Below are positions 11,901 through 25,000 of a stretch of DNA of 64,000 bases, piece after piece. Each line of letters opens with the position of its first letter. Position 1 is the first letter of the stretch. Source of the DNA: Paraspadella gotoi (taxonomy: Eukaryota; Animalia; Chaetognatha); assembly GCA_051294375.1 (NCBI GenBank), contig CM119267.1:14687694-14751693 (forward strand), written 5' to 3'. Both the position numbers and the translations under genes were made by a program. Below the pieces are notes generated by a model that ran no database searches, was not told where the DNA came from, and was given only the letters and a program-made list of their open reading frames with translations.

Positions 11901-12664
11901 TAGTTAAGAAGAAATCATGTCAATATCAGTAAAAGCTTTAATAATGCGTGACTTTAACAAGCATGCCTAACTGACGACGCCTTTTGTTTGGAGCTTCAAG
12001 ACGCCACTGCCGTTAAAAATATTCGTTATTTGTATTACAACGACAAGTTCTTTTTTTAATTTTTTTATTTTATACAAATTTGCAAGTATAAATTTAAGAG
12101 GGAATGATAAAATTTTTAATTTATTTGTGATTTAATCTGATCTCAAACGAGAAATTAGTGAGAGAGCTTGCAATGGGATGAGACTTTTGTCTCTCAGTCT
12201 ACAACCAGCTTCAAGTGGTTGGCTTCCTCACTCTTCTTGGCGCATTTAGATCCCGCCACTGGTGCCAAGCTTGAATCATAGAGATTAGTCTGGAAAATGT
12301 CTCCCCATCTTTGCGCCATTTGAAACCCAGCCTATATTTAATAATAACTCGAAATTAAACCATAACGAAAGTGAAACTGAACCTATTTTTCAAGCATTTG
12401 GGTTTTTATCTTGGGGGTTTTAGTTATAAATTCAAGTTTCTGTTTAAGGGTGGAAGTTGCTAACAAAACGGAGAGCTTTACATACCTAAACATTATTACG
12501 TCAGTTTTTGTGAATTCTCGCGCGTTAGTTAAAAGAATACCTAAAAAGAAATTTAACATTTAAAAGTGTTAATTGATGTGAAATAATTGTTTCGAAATCG
12601 TGTAATAACGAGTTAATCGCGTATTTTTCACGACGTCGTAGACCCGCCGAATTCCCCGCCAAAA

Positions 12665-13528
12665 ATGGATGGACTCAGTGATCCGATCGTTCTTGACCGC
12701 GGATGCGGTACCAAAGCCGTCATCTACCCTCACGGCGCAACATTGACGTCCTGGACGGTGGAGGGCAAGGAGATGGTTTACCTCAGTTCCCGCGCCGCTC
12801 TCGACGGTCGCTCTCCCATCCGCGGCGGCATTCCTATCGTCTTTCCCCATTTCGGCCCCTGGGAGACGGGCAAGCCCAAACACGGGTTCGCGAGGATCTT
12901 GGCGTGGAAAGTGGAATCGGCGCCGAGTCGTGATGACAACAACAACATCTCCGTGTCCCTTCGTCTCGACGCCGACGACTACACGAGGAGTGTGTGGAAC
13001 CACGACTTCTCCATCGTTCTCGAATATGTGCTCCGTGAAACGGAGCTGGATTTATCGCTGACAGTGACGAATCCCGGCGCCGAGCCTTTTTCCTTTCACG
13101 CGCTTTTTCACAACTACCTTCGCTTAAGCGACGTCTCGGCCGCCTCAGTTTCCGGCCTGCGTGGCCTCGTCTATAGGGACGCCTTGAATGGTTTTGCGGA
13201 GACGAAAGACACCGCCGACTCGCCACTGCTGCGGATTGACGGACCGGAGGATCGCGTCTATCCCGGATCTCCTCGGACGCACTTGATCACCGACGAGGTG
13301 GCCGCATTTTCGTTCGCCCTGACCAAGTCTGAAAACTTGACCGACACCGTCGTGTGGAACCCGTGGAAGGTGGGCGCCGCCAATTTGTCCGACATGGAGG
13401 ATGATGGATACTCGAAGTTTCTTTGCGTGGAGGCCGGCGCCGTCACGGAGAAGGTGGTTTTGAATCCGGGCGAAAACTTTCACGCTAAGCAGAATTTGAC
13501 CAAGTCGCCCATCGTGAATAATCTTTAA
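12665..13528 (+). CDS. Glucose-6-phosphate 1-epimerase (aldose 1-epimerase family), intronless
   Basis: 287-aa ORF with HGATLTSW, IRGGIPIVFPHFG, KHGFAR, FHNYL, DTVVWNPW, FLCVEAG. Confidence 0.92.
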   Translation: MDGLSDPIVLDRGCGTKAVIYPHGATLTSWTVEGKEMVYLSSRAALDGRSPIRGGIPIVFPHFGPWETGKPKHGFARILAWKVESAPSRDDNNNISVSLRLDADDYTRSVWNHDFSIVLEYVLRETELDLSLTVTNPGAEPFSFHALFHNYLRLSDVSAASVSGLRGLVYRDALNGFAETKDTADSPLLRIDGPEDRVYPGSPRTHLITDEVAAFSFALTKSENLTDTVVWNPWKVGAANLSDMEDDGYSKFLCVEAGAVTEKVVLNPGENFHAKQNLTKSPIVNNL

Positions 13529-13755
13529 ATTTTGTGATTTTCACGAAAAAACTAGTCAATTGTTCGATGACATCTTAATGTTAGTTGGGCACGTAGTAAC
13601 GAAGGTTTTTTTTAAGCTACGGTATGGCCTCGCATTCATTCCTCTTTATACGCTTTTGTGGTTATGTAGTTTTAATCAAAGGTGAGTAATTTTTACAGTT
13701 TTATGATTTTATCCATAACTTATTTTTTAGGAAGAAAATATTTTTGTCAATAAAC

Positions 13756-14070
13756 ATGAGCTACCAGTTGTACCGAAACACGACATTGGGTCATACCTTG
13801 CAAGAGAGTTTGGACGACCTCATCCAAAACGGACAAATAAGCCCTCAACTCGCGTTGAAAGTTCTGCTCCAATTTGACAAATCAATCAATCACGCCTTGG
13901 CCAACCGAGTTCGCACCAAACTATCTTTTAAGGGTCACTTGAACACCTACCGATTCTGCGATAATGTCTGGACTTTCGTCATGGATCCCGCCGAGTTCCG
14001 CGAGTCCAACGAAGTCATTTGTCATTCCAAAGTCAAGATCGTCGCCTGCGATGGGAAGCAAGCGACCTGA
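13756..14070 (+). CDS. GTF2A2: Transcription initiation factor IIA gamma subunit
   Basis: [12 protein letters not shown]...[13 protein letters not shown]...[10 protein letters not shown]. Probable 5'-UTR intron at 13682-13730 (GTGAGT...TTTTAG). Confidence 0.96.
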   Translation: MSYQLYRNTTLGHTLQESLDDLIQNGQISPQLALKVLLQFDKSINHALANRVRTKLSFKGHLNTYRFCDNVWTFVMDPAEFRESNEVICHSKVKIVACDGKQAT

Positions 14071-14359
14071 GACGGAAATGTTCAATTTCTTTTCCTTGCG
14101 TTAGTTGTAGCTGTAATGCCAGTCGTTCGTGTGCCTATTGTTTTCTCGTTCATACTTCATTGATTTTTTCATTTTTATTATTGTCATTAATGCGACCGAC
14201 GGCTTCTTCTCGTGCAGGATACTACTGACTAAATAACTAAAGTACCGTAGAAGTGAGGTTATTATTTGAAACTATATTTATTTAATGTAAAATTTATTTA
14301 AATGTAAAATTAGAGCATTTTAAAATAAAATAACCTTAACTTTTACCAGCATTAGAAAT

Positions 14360-14791
14360 ATGAGTTTCTCACTTTTGGAAATCAAAGGAGATTTGTTCGC
14401 AGCTCCGGCTTCATCTTCTTTGGCTCATTGCATCAGCAAAGACTGTCGGTTGGGTGCAGGGATTGCGAAACTTTTCAAGCAAAAATTTGGTCGAATCAAT
14501 GATTTGGTACGAATGGACACTGACGTTGGTGGTGTTTCGCCATTAAAAGTTAATCAAAGATTCGTCTATAATCTGGTTACGAAAGAAAAGTATTTTCAAA
14601 AGCCTAACTATGCTAATTTAAAAAGATCTCTGGAAGCAATGCGTGATCATGCAGTTGCAAACGGCGTCGAAAGCATTTGCATGCCGAAAATCGGTTGCGG
14701 CCTGGACAAACTTGAATGGAAAAATGTTTCCGAGATTTTGGAACAAGTTTTTAGATCGACTGATATTACAATCTTTGTTTACGTTTTATAG
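14360..14791 (+). CDS. OARD1: ADP-ribose glycohydrolase OARD1/TARG1 (macrodomain), intronless
   Basis: KGDLF, SLAHCISKDCRLGAGIA, YNLVTKEKY, MPKIGCGLDKLEW. Confidence 0.92.
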   Translation: MSFSLLEIKGDLFAAPASSSLAHCISKDCRLGAGIAKLFKQKFGRINDLVRMDTDVGGVSPLKVNQRFVYNLVTKEKYFQKPNYANLKRSLEAMRDHAVANGVESICMPKIGCGLDKLEWKNVSEILEQVFRSTDITIFVYVL

Positions 14792-14983
14792 TTTTTTACA
14801 TAAAAATGGATCGTGAAATACGTTTTTTTTTTTTAAATCTTGTAACGTTTAATATTTCTAATATTTTTAATAAAATTTTTTCTTAATTTCGTTTTAATTA
14901 GTTTCTTTTTTGCATTACAAGTATTTTAGGAAAGAAGTAGATAAAAACAGCTTCACATTTAACGTAAAGCCCCACCGTCTCAT

Positions 14984-17900
14984 ATGCCTGTTCGGGGGCG
15001 CGGGGGTTCTGTGAGTCGTTCAGAAGTGATTTCTAACGCATTAGAGGCGAAATTCATCGATCCTAAGGGCGCCTTTGAAGATCCTTTCGTTAGTTCAAAT
15101 GGCAACAATTTCATCTCACCCCTTAACGCCTCCTTCGAGAAACAAAACTCTTCGCCCTTTTCGTACACGAGCTTAGAAACCAATTGCAACGACAAACCCA
15201 TTCCCGTCACCATCGTCCCTAACTACACGATGGAGCCTACACCTTCGAGTCAACCGCTCAAATCGGAGGAGCCGCCGAAGAAGGGTCGCCAAACCAACCA
15301 GCTTAGTTACCTGAAAAAGTCTGTGATGAACGCGCTATGGAAGCATCTACACGCCTGGCCATTCCATAAACCCGTCGACCCAGTCTCGCTGAACCTTCCC
15401 GATTATTTCGATATTATCAAAAAGCCCATGGACTTGTCCCTGATTAAAAGCAAGCTTGAAAAAAATCAGTACGAATCCGCTGTGGAATGCATCAACGACT
15501 TTCGAACTATGTTCACAAACTGCTTCGTTTACAACAAACCGGGGGACGACGTGGTCGTCATGTGCCAAGCGTTAGAAAGAGAGTTCAACAAGAAAATCCA
15601 GGGCATGCCTCCCCAGGAGATCGAACTCACTCCGCCCGTCAAAGGTTCCAAGCATTCGAAAAATCTCGTTAAGACCGAGCATCGGGAACGTCCGGAACGC
15701 TCAGTCTCTCAGACGCACATTCTCAACGGAGACGATTCCGATACCGGGAGCTCCGGCATTACGAGCATTCGAAGCGTGGCGCCCGTTAAAAGGGGGAAAA
15801 ACAATTCCGCCACCTCTTCTCAAGCCATCGACGACGACTTGTCCGAAGTAGCCGGGATTCCTCCCCGGGGCCCTGTCCCCGTCGGACCGCCGATTCCCGT
15901 CGGGGAACCTATTCCCGTGGCCGCCGCCGCCGTCGCTGCTGTCGCCGCAACAACTCCCGTCGGGCCCTCGATTACAACGACTCCGCAGTCGGGGAAGGGA
16001 CGACGGCCCGGTCCGTCTGGTAGGTTAAAAAGAAAGGTGGACAACGTTGCCCTCCCGCCTGAGGAAGAACCCGCCATTCAGCATCCGCCTTCGGAGGCGA
16101 AAAAGCCGATGAAGGTTGCGCCACCACAAGTTCCTACCACTCCTTTACCACCGACCCCGTCACCTGCACTGCAGGTCAACGTCACTCCGGGCAACTCGAC
16201 GATTCAGGGTCCTTTGACTCCCGACGGACGGTTGCCGAGGAGAAACGTGAAAGCTCCTTCCAAGGATTTACCCTCGGACAAACCCAAACTCACAACGCAA
16301 CTCAAGTATTGCCAAATGATTCTGAAGGAGATGTTCGCGAGCAAACATGCGGCCTACGCCTGGCCTTTTTATAAACCAGTCGACGCGGAGCTTCTGGGTT
16401 TGCACGACTATCACGACATAATCAAGAAGCCAATGGATTTGGGTACGGTGAGAAAAAAGATGGACAACGGAGAGTATCAAACGGCCTCGTCCATGGCTGA
16501 GGACGTTCGGCTCATATTCACTAATTGTTATAAATACAATCCTCCCGAACACGACGTCGTCAAAATGGCCAGGAAACTCCAAGAAAACTTTGAAATGCTC
16601 TACGCTAAAATGCCAGACGAAGTGATGGATCTGGAGGGCGTGGGTCTCGATGGAACTGGCCGACCGGATTTCAACGCTCACCTCGGCGACGTAAGGAGCT
16701 CCGATGAAAGTACTTCCGAGGAGAGCGAGGACGAGCGGGCCCGACGCTTGGGAGAACTTCAAGAGCAACTAAAACGAATAAGCGAAGAAATCGCCAAACT
16801 CACGAGCCGCGACAAAAAGGATAGGAAAAAAAGGAAAAAGAAAACGGATCATTCACGGTTGCATCATCAGCAGCATTTACAACAACACCCTCCGGCGACG
16901 GTCGCCTCCAACATGGCGGTACACGGGCCTGAATGGCAGCATCACGTTTCCTCAAATGGTGTTGCTCCAAACGAACCGACGGGGACACACCCCGCGCCTC
17001 AGCACATGGCCACTTATGTCCCTGGGATGGAAACAACAATGATACCGCCCGCCATGCACCATGACCCTTATAGCTTGCCCCAGGCGCCACCGCCGAAGCC
17101 GGGCATGGAACCAAACAAAATTTCCGACGACCTGACCAATGTCAAAGGCAAGAAGTCGCGAAAGGCCGAGAACAAGGAAAAACTACCTGGAGCTCAGCAA
17201 CGGAAACGGGCAACGGGACCTCGGAAGCAAAAACCGGGAGCCGCCGCCGCCGCCGCCGCCGCCGCTGCCCCAGTGGGTCCTCTTCAATCTCCTCCTTTCG
17301 ACAGCGAGGACGAGGCTGACGCGACGCCCCTCACATACGATGAAAAGCGACAATTGAGTCTCGACATCAATAAGCTACCCGGCGACAAGCTTGGCCGCGT
17401 CGTGCATATCATTCAATCGCGAGAACCCACTTTGAGAGAGTCTAATCCTGATGAAATAGAGATAGACTTTGAAATACTTAAGCCTTCAACTTTGAGAGAA
17501 CTAGAAGCCTACGTCATGTCCTGTTTGAGGAAGAAGCCGCGCAAGCAATATCAAAAAAGAGCCGATAAAGTCCCGCCTGCTCCGGGCGCCGCCCCGCCCC
17601 CTAGAAAAGAAGATTCGGACGCAACGGAGAGCAAGAGGAAGGAACTTCAGCAGCGACTCGACACTGTGCAATCGCAACTGGGCGAAAATCCGGCTAAGAA
17701 ACCGCCTAACAAAAAAGACGAAGTAGCCGGCGTTGACCCTACGATACCAGGTAGGGAGCTGCCAAATAGGTCCACAATTTTTTAAATTCGGGAATTTAAA
17801 GAGATAAATAATTCCCATTTTGACCAAAAGCAAAATTTGATTTTCAATTGAATTTATTTACTATTTATTTCCCCTCAAAATAGGTGCCGCTCCTCGCAAC

Positions 17901-19544
17901 AGCCTCTCCGATACATCCTCCACCTCCTCGGATTCGGACTCGTCCACAAGTTCCTCATCCTCCTCCTCGTCTGACACGAGTGATTCCGAGTCCACCCCCG
18001 GGGCCAAGCAACAAAAGGCCGGCCCAGCCGGTGGACCGCCTCCCTTGCAGCCACAAGGACCAGCAGGTGCCGGTTTTGCGCAGGCCCGATAAGATGTTTT
18101 GGTCTACCTGTTTTAGCCGGATAAGGTAGCATTTCAACTACGGGTTCTCATGCCAGGTGGTTCCATGAACGCTGGGCACGGTGGCCCCAACAATATCCAG
18201 TCAGGGGGACCTGGCGGGATTGGTGCCGGAACCGGTCATCAAGCCCATCCTCCGCCCGGTCAGAACCATTATGCGCCTCATCTTATGCCCGGCTCAAATA
18301 TCGGCATGGAACCTCCTCCGCTCGCTCTCGAATCGCAGCAAAATGCCAGAGGGGTACTTCCTCCTCCATATCCAGGTAAAACGTTATTCTCTATCATCAT
18401 TAGATTATGATGTCATTACTAATTAATTGAAATAACTTTTTTTTTCTCCACGAAGGAACCTCCACCAATAGTGCTGCCGGACCTCCACCCCCTCTCCAAA
18501 CAATGGCCCCACCACCCTCTCACAGAACCCACCTGCCTCCCAATTCTCTGAACAGCCGCGGACCCGCACTGCCCCCGACACCTACTACCCCGGTGGCACC
18601 GTCGGCAGCAGCTACTCCTAAATCCCCCGTAACCAACCACCGCGTTTTGCACCCTTCAGTGGCCAACGCCCTGCCCACGCCTCAACTGCCCTCTTCATTT
18701 GAGGGCAGCCACGGAGGTATAGAAGATATATAATGATATAAATGGAATGAAAGTGAAGGTCGGGAATTGAATTAGGAGTTTGTCTATCACCAGGAGGAAA
18801 TTCTAGACCCGCTTCTCCTGGTCTCCCGACTTTGGAGAAGATCAAAGCGGGACCGTACGATTTCCCGGCCGATAGTCCGACTGGCGGTTCCGGCGGCGTC
18901 TCTCTCGCAAAGTCGTCTAAACCAGCTTCAGCCGCCGCCGCCGCTGCAGCCGCCGGAAACAAAGTGCAAAACACGCCCTGGTCCACTTTCACGAACTTAG
19001 GTAGGAATTTAATTTAAAGTCGTGAAAAATAAAGCCCCTGGATATTTATCGTTAACGCATTTTAATTTAATTTAACTGTTTTCCCCAAGGTTCAACTCCC
19101 TCGTCCTCGTCTGCGGTTACGAAGAAGCCGCAGGATTCGAATTTCAACAAGTTTCGCGCCAAGGCCATGGAGCGCGAGCGCGTCTCCAAGGAACGACAGG
19201 AGATAGAAAAGCGCCAGCGGTTGCAGGAGCAGGAGAACAAGAGACTGGAGAAGGAAAAACAACGGGAGATCGAGGAAGAGCGGGCGCTCAATCTCAATAA
19301 GAGCAGCTCTTGGGCTCCGGACGCCTTGGCCCATCGCGGGCTGGCCGCCGCTCCCTCTGCTCCCTCGCCCAACCCCGGCCACGCCCCCTCGTCCCAAAGC
19401 GACGTCAACCATCCGCCCGCCGTCAGCGATCGCGATACATTGCGGAAAATGGAGGCGGAAAAGAGACGAAAACAAGCCAGTCAAAACCCTATCGACATGA
19501 ACCAACAAAGTCAAATCATGTCCATGTTCGAAGATATGTTGTGA
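14984..19544 (+). CDS. BRD4: BET bromodomain protein, long form (BRD4/fs(1)h-like)
   Basis: Exons 14984-17750, 17884-18066, 18157 (or 18130)-18375, 18456-18716, 18794-19000, 19090-19544. Two bromodomains ([18 protein letters not shown]), ET domain ([21 protein letters not shown]), Ser-rich SEED region, C-terminal motif [17 protein letters not shown]. Confidence 0.9.
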
Positions 19545-22016
19545 AAACTGGTGTAAAACTGCGGCAAGATTTGGAGATTTCTTTCCCTTATCTTTCCACG
19601 AGTCAGCGATGAATCATGGACTTTCGGCGGTGGCGAGAACCAATGAGTTTTTTCGGTGTGGTTGCTGTTTCAAAGTTCTCTCCTCATCGATGTTTCCTGA
19701 ATTTTTTTATACAATTACCTAGTTGAAAATATTTAGAATTTAAAATTGGCATTGTCATCTAAATTTGAGATATTTTTTTAAATAGACGACCTTTTTTGCC
19801 CACAATTCAATTTTTAATTTCCTTTCGTTTGAAATAGTTTTTTTTCCGTATATTTTCTCAATATTGTACAGAAAAAAAGTAATCATGGAGATATGCATTA
19901 TGATTTGTGTTTATTTATGGATTATCGAGGGGAATTACATTTTACCAGTATCTTATTTAAAACGAGGCGGATCAGTTTCCATTTCAGCCTATTTGAATAC
20001 TGAACTCCAGAGATTGCAGTTTACTTGTAAGTGAAATAATATTGAATAATAGGACTATCTTTCTTATCCGACGAGCCAAAATTGGACTGTCCTGAGTGTC
20101 ATTTCCAGTTACAGACCGAGGTCCTAAGACAGATCTGGTTATTTAAATTCATTTAAAAATCTTGTTTGCCCAAAATGTACTTTGCTGTGAAGAATCGGTG
20201 GGGTTAATATATTATATTACATTTTATATTACGTTAAATTTAAAAAAAAATTCATTGACACTCCAAACTAGAACTATGTATAAGATTATTATCACGTTTA
20301 GTTTACATCCACTTTTAGAACTTGATCATGAGCGGTATTAGCTTCCCTATTTTCCAGAGGACTGCATGAAGTTCTTGTACATAGCATGATTACATTCACT
20401 CGGTTGATTTGTTTTTTTATGACCTTTATAATTTAGATTCTCACACCTTAATATGTAGTAAAATTTTTTGACTTTTATAAATAGTAGAAATACACATTAA
20501 AAATCATGAAAAAAAGTCACCTTTCCCCAAAATACAATTTGCGGAGGGATTGTACCGAAAACATTCCTCTGCACCGTGTAATGATTACTAGTTAATCAAA
20601 TTATAATGTGTTCTTTACGTTTATATACCCTAAACTATGTATTCATATAACAAAGCGACAAGAAACGAGCTTAATTTTTCTTCGCAATTTGAATGTATTT
20701 GTAGAGAATCGGAGCCAAGCGTAGTTTGCGTTGCATATTTTGCTCCACTTTGCCATCATTCGAAGTCTTGAGCCAAATAAGTCTAAGTCTTCGTCAGTTT
20801 CATGACCATATTGCTTTTATTGTGGGGTTGATTTTAGTTGCTGGTTTCTTGAAAGTATTTACAACTATTCTAAAAGTCATGTTAAAAAACTTTTAGTCCG
20901 TGTTTCAAGTTTATGGTTAAAAGACCAACTTTGGAAACTAAAATGAATATTTCCGCATTTTTATCATTAAAAAGAATCTTTTTCGCTTCATTGTCGGATT
21001 TTCGGTGTTTCGTTTACGTGACTTTAGTTTATTTTTCATCTTTCTGCTCTCAGTGAGAGTCTCATGCTCCAGACGTCTTAATGACCCATCAGATGCCATT
21101 TGATGTGACTATTATTTTCCAGCTTTAAGAGCCTTGGGCCGTATGTCTTCCAAAAAGAAAAAAAATAAATACTTACTCAGATTAAATTGTTAATATGTTT
21201 TTCGACTAAAACTATTCAGGTTTTATATTCCCAACTCTCTATTTTTGCTGTCTTATTAGGTATTTATAAATAGTTTTAAAACGTATGGGTCATTTTTTTA
21301 TAACTGCAAAACATTCGAGAGTAGGCAATTCAGGTGTGACTTATGCTACGTTTATATTGCTATATTATATTATTACAGTTTAATATTATGACATAAATGA
21401 TGACAGTTTGTTAAGCCAATGCTCGATCTTTGTGCTCCTCTCTAGACAATAGAGTTCTCTTTGAGTATAAAGTAAACTGATTGTTTGTCTCCTCTAGGTA
21501 TCCATTCTCAATAAGGAAAACAATTACCTTTCACCTGATTGCAAGAAACTCACGTCGCCTTCGAAAAAACTTTCCTCATTGACTTTTTTAACTGACCTCT
21601 CATAATTCTTTTTGTTTTGTTTCTTCCGACTATAATTTTTTATTTTGGTAACTATATTTTTCAGAATTTAAGTGCCTTCGAGTTGTTTGGAACGTTTCTT
21701 GAAACATTTTGGTTGCTTTACGGTGCTTAAAAATCACGCATGTAAGAAACTGTCGAAGTTTGGTGTCAATTTAATTCAGAAAGAATAAATCCCTGCCATT
21801 TTTTTTCAGGTCTTCTACGTATTCGTGAAATAGTTTAAAATGTAGTCCTGGCAATACGACTTGTATTCTTTGTTTTCTGTGTCCACCATTGCGGAACAAT
21901 TATTAGAGGTTCGTTTTGGTGTATGTATATTGTATAGGGTTTACTTTTATTTTTTCATTAAAACTACATTTTCTCTTTTGCTCAATTTTTCAGTTCTGCA
22001 GTTCACAAATTGAAAA

Positions 22017-25000
22017 ATGTCTTTGGAGTCTTGCGGCTTGGCACCACTGCCTGGTGAGCCTCGAACTAACCACAGAGAACGTGTTCGAGACGCAATCAAA
22101 GAATGGAACGCCAATCGATTGGATCTCTTCGAAATAACTGAACCTAATGAGGACCTCGAATTTTTCGGGGCTATGCGTTTTTATTTTCAGGTATGGCGGC
22201 CTTGAGATGAGATTTAAGTGTTTTTATTGTTTTGAAAAACTAAATTAAATTAGAATTAACTTACGTACATACATAAATGATCGACATAAATGATTGACAA
22301 AGTTTATGACATAATACTAAATGATGTCGTATATTCCTTTTTTTGCAGGATTCTGGCGCCAAAATGGGAACAAAATGCATCAGAGTCTCGTCAACTGCCG
22401 ATGCCCGAACAGTTGTGGATATACTTATCGAAAAGTTTCGTCCCGACATGAAAATGTTAGTTCTTCCCAACTACGTTCTCTATGAGGTACATGCCAATGG
22501 TTTTGAGCGTATGTTGGCCGCGCACGAGTCGCCTTTGCTCTGTCAACTGGCGTGGAACAAGGATGATCGCGAGGGACGTTTTCTTCTCAAATCTGCCAAC
22601 GAAAAGACTCAGAAGTGGAACGATTCCTTCGGTGAGGTTAAAGACGACTCGGCGTTAGCGGCGAGTGGGGGCGGGGATTCGCCCGAAAAAGAAAAGAAGG
22701 GCGGAACTTTTGCTAGAGCCTCAAAACGTTTTTCTAAGCGAGCCGCAAAGAAGAAGGAAAAGGAAAAGCTTAAGGAAAGAGAGAACAACGACAAGAATAA
22801 CACGACGGACGAGTTGTATAAATCCAGCTTTTCTCGAACCATTTCAAATCCCGAAATGGTGATGAAACGTCGGCGACAGTTGAAGTTGGAAAAGAAGCTC
22901 CAAGAGTTTAAAAGCAAAGACGGTAATCCTGATCGCGGAGGGACTTTAAAGATATATGGGGAATCTCTGAGGAGTGATGTTCCCTACAAGACTTTACTTT
23001 TGTCCGTGACGGACGACGCGCAATATGTTGTCAGGGAAATTCTTGACAAGTACGGGTATGAAAACGCCCTCGCGGCCGATTACTGTCTCGTCCAGGTTCA
23101 ATCTCCGCGTCCTGAGGATGGAAAGTTAGGTCAAACGAAAGCTACCATTTTGGAAGATACGGAATGCCCATTAAACATCCTTATGAATCATCCTGAAGAG
23201 GAAGGAATTATTACTTTCCATATACAAAAAAAACCTGATTCTTTGAAACAAAAAAACAAAGTCGAACCACTTCAGTCCACTGATATTAAGCAGCCATCGC
23301 CGATAGATCTTCAAAAGGAAGCTGCTACTTTGAGTTATATTTCAAAGCCAGACAACAATAATGATCCTCTCCCTCCCCATGATGAAGTTGATCTATCGGC
23401 TCCAGTTGGCCAGCGACCTATTACCACAGGTCAAGAAAAGCTTTTACCATTTTTGCAAGAAGTGCCACATGTTGGACAGCAAGACCCGAGTCATCCTCCC
23501 AAAGGTCTTTTGTTGCAACCAAATGTCACTGAGGTAGGATCTGAGAGATCCATGGCGACTTCTGGCCAATATCTGCAACTCTTTGGCCTTGGTATTCAGC
23601 CGCGACATTGTGTCATTGCTCACACAGAAGGAATTGTGACAGCAACGCCCTGTTCTATTCAGGCTGAAACCTTTGTTAACAATGTACGTATATATGAGAC
23701 GGCAATGCTTCAATCAGGGTCCTATATTAGATTTGGTAAAATGCATACATTTCAGTTTATCGATCCAAATGTTGAAGAAATGAATAAGCGACGCTCTAAC
23801 TCTTTGTTTCCTAATCCACATCCTATTGGTCCTTATCAACATCCACCCCCACCAAAACCCCTGGTACCCGCTGTTCCTACAACACCTACATCACAGGCTC
23901 CCAGCAATTATGAGACAACGTTTGATGTTGACGGCCATGTAGAAACATCTGTCACATCTTCAAATAGTGACTTGACTAAGGGAGTTGTCCCGGCATCTCA
24001 CAGGGGGCCAGCTGAGGGTGCACCCTCCACGTTAGGTGGCACACCAACTACTCCAACGATGACTCATCCCCAATCTTCATCAAATCAGCCTTATTACGTG
24101 GGTGCCCATGCGAATTTGACACGACCAGTTCTTTCAATCCCTGGTGATGGTTTACCCGCTACTCTCGAATTTCGTGAAGATAGTGAAGATAAGTTACTCT
24201 CTATTATAATTACCGAAGTCAATGGGGCAGTACTTCAGTTTAAATTGGCTCCTACTTACACCCAGTATCTAGTTTTACGCAGAGTCCTTTCACCTTATTA
24301 CCGACCGGATATGCTACCAGCCGATCGTACAATTCGTGTTACCAATCTCACAAATAAGATGGTTGCCCAGATTCACCATACTATAGTGGCCAGTCAAGCT
24401 AATGCGGGTGCGCTATCTTTTTGGATGGCTAATGCTTCAGAATTATTACACTTCATTAAACAAGATCGTGATTTATCTGGAATGACAGCTGACGCACAGG
24501 ATACACTTGCTGAAGCCGTCCAGCATGCATTTAGATTTCTTGTTCATTGTATGCACACGGAACTAAACCATCATCTGCCCTCAATTTTAGATCCTACTGA
24601 TGCTGATCTAGATGAGAATGCTATTGGGATTGAGGGTTCCTCGGCTGTGGTTGCTACTCCTGTTCTTCAAACCTTAGCGGCTGCCATGAGTTTACTTAGA
24701 CGATGTCGTGTCAATGCCGCCCTCACTATACAATTATTTAGCCAGCTTTTCCACTATATCAATATGTGGATATTTAATCGCCTTGTATCAGTTCCATCTG
24801 GTCATCAAGGAGGCATCCGAGGAGGTAATGGAATCTGCACTCAACCATGGGGCAAGAGGCTCATGAGGCGCTTGGCAAGGATTGCAGCTTGGGCTGAAAA
24901 GCAGGGTTTGGAGTTAGCTGCTGATTGCCACTTAAGTCGTGTTTTACAAGCTACTTTTCTATTACAACAAAACAAAACGCCTGAAACTATCACTGGTGTC

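Noticed and set aside
12665-13528. Intronless GC-rich epimerase as a bacterial horizontal transfer
   Set aside because: The family occurs in many eukaryotes including invertebrates, and neighbouring native genes are also intronless and GC-rich. A phylogeny would be needed.
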